From: the human T2T-CHM13v2.0 reference genome, Homo sapiens
DNA: 64,000 bases
Assembly: GCF_009914755.1 (NCBI RefSeq)
Contig: NC_060947.1
Direction: 5' to 3' (one strand)
The notes beneath the pieces were generated by a model that worked only from the letters and a program-made list of their open reading frames with translations, ran no database searches and was not told the origin of the DNA. The translations under genes were made by a program, and so were the position numbers. Positions within the stretch are counted from its first letter, which is position 1, and the number at the start of each line of letters is the position of its first letter. Below, piece by piece: positions 11,831 to 25,625 of this stretch.

Positions 11831-14800
11831 TCGCTGAAAGTCTATAATTCTGCCTAGGGTGCTTGAACTGTTAGCGTGTCAGTGTGATCAGAAAGGTGGA
11901 TGAGCTGGCAGAGTGGGGAAAATAATGCCAGATGCAAATAGCAGGAGCGAAAGACCAAACCAAACATTTGTGAATTAAGAGAATTCTGTGTTTGCCTCCC
12001 ATGAACTAAGCCTCTATCATTTGTCATCCATTTGCAAATTGAGATCCACTTAAATGACATGGCTCCCAGTAGAAAGAGAAATCTGCCAAGTAAGCAACTA
12101 TCCTGAAAAATCAAAGGCCCAAAGAACACATTAGGTTTCTCAGAGATATTTACTTTTATTCGAAAATATAAACATGTTCACTCACTTCTTTCAGCAATCA
12201 GAAAATCTCCATAGATGAGGATATCAAGTGCTGGAAGCACTGCACAGATGGAAAATGCATAGACGAGGCATACCTAGGGAGTTCAAAAGGAGAACATCCC
12301 ACCCTCTACATCCCCATATGTTTCTCTTCCCTCCCCACTCGGAGGCTCCATTGTTCTAGGCTGGACTTGGTCTCTAATACAATATCCTACCAGCCATGCT
12401 TAAATTTTGCACACAATAATGGAACTAATAAGTAAATGGCAGGATTTAAATCCAGAACCATCCGACTTCGAGGTTTATGTCTCTTTCTAGTACATCACCT
12501 TTAATAAATACCAATTTGTTTGCAGCTTTAAGGGCAACTCAGATAACATTTACAAAGAATTTTAGACTCTTACAAGTTTAAACACTGTAAGGTATCATTT
12601 TAGGTGTGACGAGTTATTGATCCTAATAAAAACCTAAAGATGGAGAGGTGTGACTCTTGAGCCAATGAAGGAAGTCTTGTTTTATCCCACCCACCCTCAA
12701 GTAGCTGTGGCTGGAAATAACACACATTTGAGTAACTACTCAGCCATATACCCGATGGTGCCATTCCTTAAAAAATAAAAAATCAAAGTAATGAGTTCAC
12801 TGGCACTCTCAAGCTTGCTACTCAGTACCCATACAGTGCTTTCAGTATATCTGTCAGATATTCATGATTATATTGCTTTGGGCCCAAATGATTTTGCAAA
12901 GTCTATAGAGAACACAAAGATACAATTTGATATTTAGAATAAGGGTGTCAATATTAAAACCAAACATTGTTGTGAATGTGAATATAGAAATATATAAATA
13001 GTTCACAGTAAATTTCACAAAAGAAGATATCAGGAATGCTGTAATTTAAAATTTACTCTCTAAAATAAATTTCTTGCTAATTTGGGGAGATAGCTAATAT
13101 CAGAGAAGCTACAGAAGTCATAAACATGGTCGTGTTAAAGAAAAACTAATTTCCCTTTGCTGTGATACTCTAGATTGAATACTAGTTAAAAATCACTCCA
13201 ATTCTGCCTTCCAAAAAAAATCTAGAATATTTCCAAATATAAACAGGGTGCCATGAAAAGTCCTCTAGATAAGGTACTCCAAGAACAGCATTTGAAAATG
13301 CAACATAGCTTGATAAAGCATCATTTTACAGGATGCTGGCTGGTGGAAAGATCCAGGAATTTAAAGTATTTACTGTTGGACCCATGACCAAGGACTCTAG
13401 CTGATCAAAGCTGCAGGCATCCTGTGTGGGAAAATACATGTAAATTGCCTCAGGAAATGGTTTTGTAAGTTTCCAGATTTTTTACACAGTCCCAGGCATC
13501 ATTTGCTACCTTCCGAACTCTGTCCATCATTTTGCTCCTTTACAATACTCAAGAAGATTTGAAAGTAGATGAAGATATTCTTAAAATTTCAACCATAAAT
13601 GGGAAACTAACCTTTCATCAGGACAGGGAAACCTGATCTACATTCTCTCCCCTAAAGATATGATGGCTTTAAGGCAATATTTCCCACCATCCCTGGTGGT
13701 ACACAAGAGGATTTTCAGTGACACCTAGATGAATACATTCTATTTTCATACAGTTGTATTTATTTTCTTGTATTAGTGTCATTGATATTATCCCTCTGGA
13801 CATGACTAGATTTAAGTAGTGACTAGCTATAAAGGAAAAAATTAAGTAAATAATAGTCATGTGATATGCAGATAAGACAAAAATCATTAAGGACGTTTGT
13901 GAAGGAGTGAAATTTGAGAAATGCTGTTTTAGGATTAAGACAATGAAGTGTTCCCACAAAGGTCAACATGTATTTAAATGGCTGTTTATCCCCAATACCA
14001 ATAATAATCTGTTGCTCCTTTAATTTATTCATGGCCATTTATTGCCTCTTATTTGCGTTGGTTCTTTGCCTCTCCTGCTGTTTAGCATTAAATCTTCCAT
14101 GTATTCCATTGAGTCATGATGAATGCAATGTTAAAGTCTGGAAAGTGAAACTTCCCAAAGACATGTTCTTTGGTGAAATCCTTGTTCTCTAATCCTCACA
14201 TCCTAGCATTTTATTTGATGCCTTATTCAATTGCCTTCTCTCTGCATAAGCTTCCCTGTAGATAGCATAAGCATTGATGAGATTCCTCGGTTATACTTCC
14301 GTTTTCCTTCTTTACAAAAAGCTTCAGCCTGTCTTTCTCCATCTGTACCACCCCCACCCCCATTACCATTGGGCTGACTTTGGTATGGGTGATTGGCTCT
14401 TCTCTGCCTCACTAATCCAGCACATTTATTCAAGTCAGATGACTGCAATATGAAGCATTGTCATTCGGTGATAGGAGAGCATGTGTGTGCAGATTAAGAT
14501 TATTAGAAAATAATTCTAACAGAATTGACTTCTGGTATGTATTTACGAAGACTCAGGCAATTTAGTACCTTGGGGGTTTTATTCATGAAGATGAATGCCT
14601 TTTATCATATGGAAGATTTCTTCTGTAAAGTATGGCATGTTTTAAGGCTGATTTCTGTAGCACACCTCTTATTCAACTTCCAACATAGCCAAATGTAAAT
14701 AGGATGCCATAGGACAACAGTATCTTTTTAAAAAAAAATTAACTAGGAGAGCAGGAAAAAATGAAGGGGGCTGAAAAATATCCCCTCTTTGAACATAAAG

Positions 14801-16787
14801 AATGTGGTCTAATAGCTTTTTCTTAAAGAGAAAGTATTCATACAATAAATGAAGAAAACTTGGTGAATTAAACCAGCAATCCCCCACACCCACACTTCTC
14901 TCCTAGCCCCTCAGACATTTGCAGGATGCCTAAATCAAAGAGAAATAGAGTAAGGTGAGCATCAAGGCATGTTGTTCTGTACTCAAAGCAAGATCAATCT
15001 TTATACATAGATCCTTTTTTGGCGCTGATGTAGAAAATCCAAACAAGGAGATACTTAGGTCTACAAATAACCTAATCTGCATACCAGATGGATCTAAGGG
15101 GGAAAAAAACATACACACTTCTCCACACACATATTTTTTTCTAAAATGTGAGCATAGAAAAACAGATGCTTTTGCCTCCCAACGGATCTGTGGGCCTCTC
15201 TCAAGTAGTCTTGTGGAGCAATTTCATTTCAAATTTCTAAAATTATGAAAATGTCTAGATTAAACATTAAATTGAAAAGGAAAGGGCCTCTTACATAGAA
15301 AACCAAATGAATATTTTATGAATTATTTTTAACTGCTCAGTGATACCCAACCCCCAGTTTCACAGATGAGTGGATATGGGGAGGGGGCCAGTAAGAGGAA
15401 GTCTCCCCAGAATGGGTTGACTATGATTCACTAACTTCTTTGACAAATAATTTGATGCTATATGCATCACTCTGTGTGTTAGTATGTAAGAGCTCTTTCT
15501 TCTACGAATGAAACTCTACTGATAAAGCTTCAGTGAATAAGGATTGTGGCATTTTTTTCTTTCAGATCCTATATGTGAGGATTAAAATAAATTTCCTTAA
15601 AACAATAAATTTTATCTATATTTCACACATTTCCCCTTATTACATTTAATATATCTGCTATCATATCAAGCCATCCATCATCTCCAACAAATCTTACAAA
15701 AGCAAAGTGAATACAGAACATGGATTTGGAAACTTGCTATTTCTTCCTTAAATTTCATGGTCGACTGTAAAAACAGCTTTTATACTTGAAGTTCTGCAAC
15801 TAATTCAGAAAGAGCTATTATAATTACTGTAAAAGCAAAGTTGAATATTCTTTTGGTTACCAGAGTCATTAAGTAACTGAGGGTACAATTTATGCCTTGT
15901 TCATCTATAACAGATGGAAAGAACAAAGATTTAGGGTGAGCTGAACAAGAACCACTCCCATTAACTAGTTCCATTATGCATCGCACTAAGTACAATCCTC
16001 CCATCCCACCCTATTCCCATAAGCCCTGTACCAAAAATTCAAAAAAGGGAAAGATCAAGAGCAAAACATGACACTTTTTGTGGTGAGGGCTCCTGTAGCT
16101 CACATCAGTAGGATCATAGCTGCTCCACGTAAGTAAGATTTCAAGATAACTGAAATTTACTGTCTTAAGTATTGGGACTTTGAGCATTTCTTCTGGAAAC
16201 CTTCCCTAAAATATGCATATCCCTGGGTTTTTCAGCAGAGATTACTGAACACAATAAACCATAGCCTGATGACTTAGGGAACATCCATGATTATACTGTG
16301 CACTAGTATGATGTTGTCTCGTTTTCTCATCCCTTCTTTCTCCTTTAAGTCAGTCTGTCACTTCCACTGCTACTAATGTACCTCTTTCTAATATCAGTCC
16401 CTCCCTTCACACACACCCTTTCTAGTTTGCAGCTTTTAATTTACTGTGAACTGGAAAACCAAGATTGGTAAGAACTATATGTTAAGTAAGAGTTAAGGCA
16501 CTGAAAGCAAGGATGAGGAATTAATTATGGGCTTCAATACATCAGCTTTGTGACACTTTAATGTTCCTATCTTTAGATAAGCTTCCTATCCCAGTTTAAA
16601 GCTAAATTTTGAAAGGGTGTTGTTATAAGACAGCTACCTTCAAATAAGTAAATTTGTTCTGAGCAGACCAAAGTGGGCCTGAATTAAAGCAGATATCTTG
16701 ATAGCTCCAAGTTTTTCTGAACCTGAAAAACAATGTCTCAATGAATGACCCCTTCCCACATTTATATAGCATCACACACTTAAATAA

Positions 16788-17099
<312 letters not shown>

Positions 17100-17721
17100 T
17101 CAAACACTTTTGGAGACATTATCCAGTTTGATCCCAGCAACACTTCTGATATAGGCAGGGCCAGATTATAGATAAGGAAATGAAGGCTCAGTAATTTGCC
17201 CACAAACAAACAATTAGTAAATGACAAGACTGGGGTCCTGGGTTCTCATTCACTGTTCTTTTCACAACACTGATGTCTTCTATTGCTCCCTCTCATCTTC
17301 TCTACACACAAAAAAACACTAAACTCTGCCTCTGATGAAAAAGACGTATTCCTTTTCCTTGGGATTCCTTCCTTATTCCCCTCTAAGCATTGCCAGATGT
17401 CTTTAAGAATATTGCTCATTTTTCTAGCAGAACTCAAAACCCTCTGGTTTTATTATGTTGAGAGTTGTCAGTTAATTAAAAATTCAACAAATGTATGGTC
17501 CCAACTTGCCACCAAAAGTTAACAAATGTCACCGGCAAGGATGTTTCTCGCAAGCGGACACTGAAGAATACATCCCAGAAGATACCTAACAGCTCATTTT
17601 GTGTCATGGAAGCATGAGAAATCACATCCTCAAGACATTTATTAACCTTTCATTTCCTCTATAAATAATCAGTCAGAAATGTGGCTCATAATTTAAATTA
17701 ATCAAAAACTGCTCTCTTGTC

Positions 17722-17737
17722 CTCTCTCTCTCTCTCT

Positions 17738-17795
<58 letters not shown>

Positions 17796-17797
17796 CA
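17722..17797. repeat. (CT)n(CA)n compound microsatellite
   Basis: Read directly. Confidence 0.95.
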
Positions 17798-18014
17798 TAC
17801 TTAAAATGACTTGTTGAAATGACTTGAGGGCTTGTAATGCCAGCATCATAGTCAAATGTATGGTTCCACTTCTCTGGGTCAACTTAAACATTGCCTCGTC
17901 CATGAAGCCTTCCCTGTTCATATCAGGCCTTAAATATCTCTTCTTCCTCTTGTCCAAGACTTTATAGCAATTACTAGCATTTGCTATTTAGCATATATTT
18001 AGAAACCATGTGAA

Positions 18015-18240
18015 GTACTGCCAAGAGTATGGGTTCTAGAGGCAAATGGACCCAGATTCCAATCCCAGCTTTACCGCTTCCTAGCTGTGTGGCCTTGGAA
18101 AAATTACATAAACTCTCTCTGACTGAAATTCCTCATCTGTAAAATGAGACTAATGATACTTAATCTGTTAAACTGTTCTGGGGATTAAATACATATAAAG
18201 CACTTAGCACCGTGCCTGCATATACTAGGCACTCAAATAA
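18015..18240 (+). mobile_element. MIR SINE
   Basis: aatcccagctttaccgcttcctagctgtgtggccttgg...ctcatctgtaaaatg...aaagcacttagcaccgtgcc. Confidence 0.85.
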
Positions 18241-18349
18241 GGACAGTTAGACTTATTATTATTACAATCTTTCATGTATAGTTCTGGTTTGATATATGTG
18301 CAATTTTGAGGCCTTCTCACTTTGTTCTAAACCCTTTAATAGCTGCATC

Positions 18350-18515
18350 CAGAGAGAAATTTATCATAAAGCTTAAGCTTAATGGCCCCTCACTTGCATA
18401 GCTTCTTTCCAAGGCCTTGTTCCAAATTATGACATTCATAATTTTATATTTTTTTAAAGAAAGATCCTAAAATTGCATTAGCTTCAGGCCAGTACAAAAC
18501 CTGGTTCCACCTCTG
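18350..18515. mobile_element. MER96-like hAT MITE
   Basis: aagcttaagctt..ggcccctcacttgca...ttccaaggcc...gcttcaggcc..caaaacctggttccacctctg. Confidence 0.6.
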
Positions 18516-18854
18516 GTTGTGTCTTTAACCTCTATGTTATCCTGTTCCGTCCATGGGTACTCATTGTAGTACTTTGTACACAGTCAGTACTCAATAAAAA
18601 TCCTCAGTTAGCCAGAGTTTTTGGTGAATTTGGCTTCAAGGAAATAAACATCAATTATTTAGTCAAAAACTTCTAACTTCTAACCAATACATTTGATTGG
18701 AAAATATTCAGCCCACTCACATATTTTGAGATAATAAAAATGTACTTCGTGAACTGTACAAAGTACATTTTTATTAATACAAAGCCTATTATTAGACTTT
18801 GTACTAATATAGCATTATTCATAAAAATTATGGTAAGAATGATGATACTGAGGA

Positions 18855-19050
18855 AGGGTTTCTCAACCTTAGCACTACTGACATTTTGGGCCTGAGAATT
18901 CTTTATGTGTGGGCTATTCCAAGCATTGTAGGATGTCTAGCGACATCCTTGGCCATTACTCACTAAATGCTAGTAGCACCCTTCCCAGTTGTGACAATCA
19001 AAAATGTCACCAGGCATTGCCAAGTGTCCTCGAGAGGAATCCCTCCTCAG
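18855..19050. mobile_element. MER20 DNA transposon
   Basis: gtttctcaaccttagcactactgacattttggg...cccagttgtgacaatcaaaaatgtc..ggcattgccaa. Confidence 0.85.
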
Positions 19051-19633
19051 TGCCCTAAGGCATCATGATCAGCACCAAAAGATGTACAAGCGATTACAAG
19101 TCTTTCAAACTAAAGCAGGAAAAGGAAGATAATTATTTTAGAAAAGTTTTCAATAAGCAAAAGCAACCTCGGTTAACCTGAAAATCCCATTAACCCCATT
19201 CCTTGAATGTTCTATTCCCTTAGCATTCCAGATAAAAACAACAAAAAAAAAATACTGTACATTCTATTTTCTACTTTGTATGCAAAGTTCAGCTGATTTT
19301 CCATCTCAAAAGCTAAGTACAGAAATCGAGTTCATGAGTGGGGGATCTTCAGCTTCATCACTTTTGCCATCTATTTTAAGTGACAGTGATGCTATTGACC
19401 TGAAAGTTTAGGGAGTTTTTTTCCCCTTGTTTTGACATTTTAAGTTTGGTATTAGCAAGTCTTCCTGTTTTATCTAGTTGAAAGCGAAATGCAACAACAA
19501 GAAATCTGATCCAATTAACTGTGATTTTCCTGTATATAAAAGCTCTAACATTTTGTTCTAGCCACCCCACTGATTGTGCAATTGAAAATGTCCTTCTTGA
19601 ATAAGCAATATGTCTTATTTCTTCTTTCTGCAG

Positions 19634-19687
19634 GTTGTGATCCTAGGGAAACACTCAAGAGGTTATCACTACATGCTCGCTAACCTG
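19634..19687 (+). CDS. GRIA3: GRIA3 coding exon (probably exon 5), 54 nt, VVILGKHSRGYHYMLANL
   Basis: Polypyrimidine tract plus CAG (tttcttctttctgcag) before and gtaaga after. The phase-0 translation matches the GluA3 N-terminal domain and joins in frame to the next exon. It is too short to appear in the ORF track. Confidence 0.96.
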
Positions 19688-20967
19688 GTAAGAACAAGCA
19701 AGTGTCCCTGGGCAATATATCCTATTTAGTTTGAATTTTTCTGTAATCATCCAAAAAGGAAATACATCAAGTACCTAATGCTTTCTCCAGAAACTTGGAG
19801 AAATGACTTCGGTAAATACCAAAACCTGAATGCAATAGCCTTGCTTTCAATTATGCTGTCGTTTTAGCTGTGAAGCAGCTATATTCTTTCCTAATTTAAA
19901 AAATAATTTGATATGATTCATTACTTATTTTTAGATTCAATTTCGGTTTGAAATGTAAACTATTTTAATTGGGTTTGAAAGATAAACCATGGAATTGGGG
20001 ACACAGGAAACTGACTCTTTCCCAATTGATTCAAGTATATGTGCAGATCAGTACTGCATTTGTCCTTTCAGAAGCAGACCACTACCAAATCTTTTTGAGC
20101 AGATGTCAGAGTAGGTTTCAACACAGTACATTATATGACCCTGCCAAAGTGTATAGCCACCTTTCTACTTACATAAAACACAACTTGAATCTTTACTTTC
20201 AAACTTCCCATGCCTTTAAAATTTGTGACACTGTAGAAGCTAGTATTTCATTAAGGTTATTTTATACATTTTCTTTCTCTGGAAGGACAATTTGTTTAGG
20301 AATTAACAAAATTGCTTCTAAATTAGTAATATCTGTTTGGCAGAGGTTCTGAATAATACCATCTCCATGAAATGAAAGAGAAATGTTAAATTATCGCTAT
20401 AATACTAAAAATCTATTAAGTTATTACATGAGTTCTAACCCCAATTTTGTTTCATTAGCACAAGAGAATCATGATCATTGTAAAGCTCTTAAGCCAAAAG
20501 AATAGAAACAAAGGTGAAAGATTATTGTAATTATATTCTTATATTTTTTAATCAAAGAAATATCTAATATCTTATTTTGTTTTCATAATGAATATTTTTT
20601 AAATGAAAAAGGAAATGTTACTTAAACCTCTTTCTTAGGGGTATGTGCATTCAAACACTTTATAAGATGCAGATTAGAGCTACTGCTTTCAAATGTAGTG
20701 TGCATTTTTCTCCAATAATTTGCTCTAAGTGGAGCACTTAGTCCATTTTGGGAATAAATGAATCTAGTCTTTTAGAAGAAGAAATCTTGATTCTTAAATT
20801 ACATCCATATATTTTCAATATGGTTTTTAGGCAACCAACAAATAAAGGACTTTTTTAATGCAATGGAGGTTAAACTGTGGCTTGTCAGGATATATGGATG
20901 TCACAACAAGGCACCTGATACAGTTATTGATGACTTTTTGTCATTACTTTCTCACCAGAAAATATTT

Positions 20968-21092
20968 TGCTCTCCTTCTTTCCTTCCTTTCTGTTTTCCT
21001 TCCTTCCTTTCTTCTTTCCTTCTTTTCTTCCTTCATCTCTTTCCCCTTTCCTTCTCCTCTTCCTTCATCTCTTTCCCCTTTCCTTCTCCTCT
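20968..21092. repeat. Polypyrimidine (CT-rich) low-complexity tract
   Basis: About 125 nt almost purely C/T, containing a ~33-nt internal tandem duplication. Confidence 0.9.
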
Positions 21093-21143
21093 TATTTGTA
21101 TGTCCTAGAAAGCAGCAAGGTTTATAGCACAGTGTTTAAAAAT

Positions 21144-21440
21144 GCAGGGTTCACCAATCACTGACCATACATGAGGTGACTTTAGGTAGTATACGCACGC
21201 AAACTTTTTTATTTTAATGAAAATATATTTCCTTACTATGTATTAGAAAAATATAAAACTAGCATATCAAAATTGAAATTGTATAGATACTATTACTTCA
21301 AACAGGGCTAAAATAGAGATATAACAAAAGTAAAATATGTTTTTAATGTTCAAGTAAACAATAGCAAGGGGGATAAAGAGATATAGCAAAATCTGGGTTT
21401 TGCCTACCTGGTTGTTTTATACATGAATGACTAAGTTTGA
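21144..21440. mobile_element. Old hAT-Charlie-type DNA transposon remnant
   Basis: Collinear similarity to 23830-24128, ending gaatgactaagtttga. Confidence 0.5.
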
Positions 21441-21596
21441 GATATAACATTGAACTGGGGATCAGAAAGTTTGGGTTGTCAAACTGACTTTGCTACTAGC
21501 AAGGTAAGGGACCTTGGGCAAGTCACTTCAACTCTACAGACAGTGTTACAATTCCATTACTTTAACTCAGGTGGGAGTGGTGGGGGGCAGTCATTG

Positions 21597-22063
21597 ATGT
21601 GTCGGATGGGTCATTTGAAAGCAGATAATAATTAGAAGTGCAAGATATTTATTGGGAGTAATACCTGTGAAAGATAAAAGGGAAAGGGACATAAGTAGGC
21701 AGGGAGAGCTTCAGACCACAATACAGGTCTATACCAGTAACAGAAGGGAAAAGGAAGCAAGTTTAATAGGAAAAGCTTCAGACTGTGCTGTAGCATTGAT
21801 AAAATCTTGGCCAACACAACTAGGAGATCAGTTCAAAAGATAGCTCATAGAGGAGTCCTATGCTTCTTCCAAATGGCAAATCATTTCATCCCGACTTTGC
21901 TCAGTCATTAGCTGGCAGCAGCCCAGAAAGCACACACCTTCCACTTGAAAAACTGAGGCAGATCTGAAGGTACCTGAAGCTGGAGGTTGTCAGCTAACTT
22001 AATTCTTTGAGACAGATTTTGTCTTAAAGAGCGATCTGAGCCGTGCATAAGAATGGCTATCTC
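21597..22063 (-). mobile_element. ERVL solo LTR (LTR33/LTR16-like)
   Basis: aagtgcaagatatttattggg..aatacctgtgaaagataaaaggg...gggagagcttcagaccac pattern. Confidence 0.55.
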
Positions 22064-22151
22064 ATTTGGCCTACCATGACCGATGATCTGTAAAGGCCTT
22101 TCCCATTCTATAATTCCAACTGGGTCTCCTTATTTCTACTGACAAACTTTT

Positions 22152-22291
22152 TTATTTTTTTTATTTTTGTGGGTACATACTAGATGTATACATCTGTGGG
22201 TTATATGAGATATTTTCATACAGGCATGCAATGCACAATAACCACACCAGGATAAATAGGGTACCCATCATCTCAAGAATTTATCCTTTGC
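22152..22291 (-). mobile_element. Very short 5'-truncated L1MA 3' end
   Basis: T-rich tail plus L1MA 3' UTR. TSD ctactgacaa(a/t)ctttt at 22136 and 22292. Confidence 0.8.
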
Positions 22292-23671
22292 CTACTGACA
22301 ATCTTTTAAATCAGCTTTTATTGCAATTTTGAGATCCAGACCTGACAAAAATTAAAGTCTATGGAGTGATAGAACTGAAAGAGAAAAATCACTAGGACAA
22401 CGTTGGGAAAAAGAATGGTAAACTGAATCCTATACACACAACTCAGAATTATGAGACTTTGGGGGAATGTCTACTACAAGAACAAGCAAAGTCTGTTCCT
22501 TTAAAAATAAAGTAATGTATAGTATGATGTCAGTCTAAGTAATGAAAATGTGACTTCCTTTACCATGCTTTGAGCTGCCACCCTTTTTCTTCCTTTAGTG
22601 ACCCTCTTTTCATTTGAATTCAGCCGTGTAAGTCCCTGTACTCTATATCAAATTGCATTTGGGTAATAGAGATAGGAGCTGCTGTTCATCTCTGATGATA
22701 ATAATAATGAGCCAAATTATCCCTACTATGGTCCATGGTTCCCAGTTTTTTCAAAGCAGATAAAAATTACCCCAAATGCCTCCATCAAAGACAGACAGAG
22801 AGAGAGAGAGAGAGACAGAGACAGAGAACCAAAACTATTTAGAAGTAAGTTGGATGGTCAAGAAAAGGGGAAGTGGAGATAAGAAGATGTTTCCTTTCAA
22901 GATGAGCCAGCTGGATGAAAGCTGAGGGTGGATATCTATATACAAAAGAGCAAAGTCCAATGTGAGTCTTGGTGTTACAGACAGCACAAAACCACTGCTT
23001 TCTTCTACAAATGTAGAGTCAAGAATATTTAAGCTACTTAACTAAGCTTCCTGGAATCACTTCCTGCAGTTCCCTTTGATACTGAGCTCTATCTGGCAAA
23101 GACATCTTTGTACATTTACATGGAACTTCCCCTGGTAACAATCCTAAAGTGAGAAGACTTGGATATTCCATGAATGCTTTAACGAAGACCTCTCAGAGGT
23201 CAAGATGTACATTTCAGAGTGGACAATGAGCTGCAGAAAATTCTAGCTTGTTGAAATCCCGGAAAGAAACAGAAGATTTCACCAGGAGTACAACCCAGAG
23301 ATGTGATCTACTCAGGCTAGAAGTGGACATCCCAATAGAGCAAGTAAGTCTCTTAGAAATTCTTGTATCAGTTGATGATGTCATTTTTTAGGAGTTGTTC
23401 TGTAATTAATTGTTGTTTTATCTTCCAGGACTCTCTCTAACATGGCGCTGTTTGTCAACGTTAGTCCCAGAATTAGCCATCATGTGTACAATCTGTCAGT
23501 CAAGCAGCCTCTCAATCTCTCATGGTAAGGTCCTGGATCTGGATGCTTTACACTGCATTGTCAGGCATGTTATGTAAAGTGATTTAGTTTTTTTCACCTA
23601 TGTCAGTAATGATAGCTCAGTTACTGTGTGTAGAGCCCTAGAGTAATATTAGGAATAGATGCAAGGGCAGG

Positions 23672-23820
23672 AGGCAGTGTGGTATAATAATAATAAGAAG
23701 AAAAAAAAGCACGAGGCTAGGAGGTAGGAGTCAGGTTTGAATCCCAAGAATTCATCTAACTAGCTATATAGCAAACCAAACCCCTCTGAACCTGATTATC
23801 AATCTGTAAAATGCAGACGT
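23672..23820 (+). mobile_element. MIR SINE
   Basis: ggcagtgtggtata...ggtttgaatccc...ctctgaacct...atctgtaaaatg. Confidence 0.7.
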
Positions 23821-23829
23821 AGACAAGAT

Positions 23830-24128
23830 CAGTATTTCCCAAAATGTACATGAGATGATTTTAGATACTACATAGCAAAACTTCTCTTTTAACTTATTAG
23901 TTTTGAATGTATATTAAATACATATTGGAAAAACAACTATCCCAGCAATTCTGTGATTTTATAGATACCATTCCTTAGAATGAGGCTAAAGTAGATATAT
24001 AGATAAAAGAAACTCAGTCAATGTAAATAAAAATATTAAGTAAATTATAGTTCGGATGGTCCACCTCTATGGCAAAAAATTGAAAAGGTGGTATACTAAT
24101 GACTAGAATTTGGAAAATACACCACTGT
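23830..24128. mobile_element. Old hAT-Charlie-type DNA transposon
   Basis: cagtatttcccaaa...tttggaaaatac..cactg TIR-like ends. Confidence 0.6.
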
Positions 24129-25124
24129 CGCTTCTAGATCTACATTTCTTCCCTCTTGGAGTTCAGTTTGGGCCAGGGTAGGCCAGGTGAATGCTGAGGA
24201 CACAAACAGGGAAGCAAAACCAGAGCCCCGTTATCCTTGGGGATATAAAGTTATAAGGCAGACTAAAGCTTTAAAATCAGTCCAAGGGGGCAAAAACCAA
24301 GATAGATATGAGTATTCTTAGCCAAGTTCTAAGCAGAGCTGAGGATCTGAAGGATCAATCAAAAACAGTCTAGCAGATTACACAGGGCAAATTGGATCTG
24401 GATTGAATGATCCAACAACAGATGTTCATCACTCCCCAAATAAGACCAAAAACAAAAACAAAACAAAACAAAAACCCACAAACAATTGAAGTGCCCAGGG
24501 GAGAACATGAGCCATAGCAGGGCTCATTCAGTGTTGCACCAGTTAACCACTGCCTTAGAAGACCTGACATTTTCCCTGCCTAGGTTGATACTGGTACCAG
24601 AGTTGGAGACAATTGCTGACCCTTTAAGTGGAGGAATTTAGGTAATGTCTGCTGTTAGCAGTAGAGAGCTACAGGCAATCAAACAGGTCATTGTGCAAGA
24701 AGAGAAAATAGAAGAAAGTTCATCTATCTTATATTCCTCTCTGATGTGTTAGCTGTTTTCTTTAGACTTTCATTTAATTTTCTCAGAACTTCTATGAGGA
24801 GAGACTTCTTGCCCACCCACCTTCCTAAGCCTTTTACATATCAGAAAATGGACTCAGAAAATATATATAACTTGCCCAAAGTCTCATAGCTAATCCATTG
24901 CCAAACTAAGTTTTCTATCTAGATTGGTAACACTCTTAGTAGAGCACCTCGCTCTTCCCACTTTACCCACCCAAGCTTCTCAGTGAGATAGAAAGCCAGC
25001 ACCACAAAGGTCACATAAAAGCATTTGCAAAGACACAAATGTAAATAAATGAAGCACAAGCTCTAAATTTATGAGGATGAAGTGATCAGAGATAAAAAGG
25101 GCTTTTAAAAACAAGGACACGTTG

Positions 25125-25507
<383 letters not shown>

Positions 25508-25556
25508 TCAATTACATCCCCATCACTCCCTGCTGTCTAACCATTTTCCTTCCCTC

Positions 25557-25624
<68 letters not shown>
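25557..25624. repeat. (CT)n(CA)n compound microsatellite
   Basis: Read directly. Confidence 0.95.
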
Positions 25625-25625
<1 letters not shown>

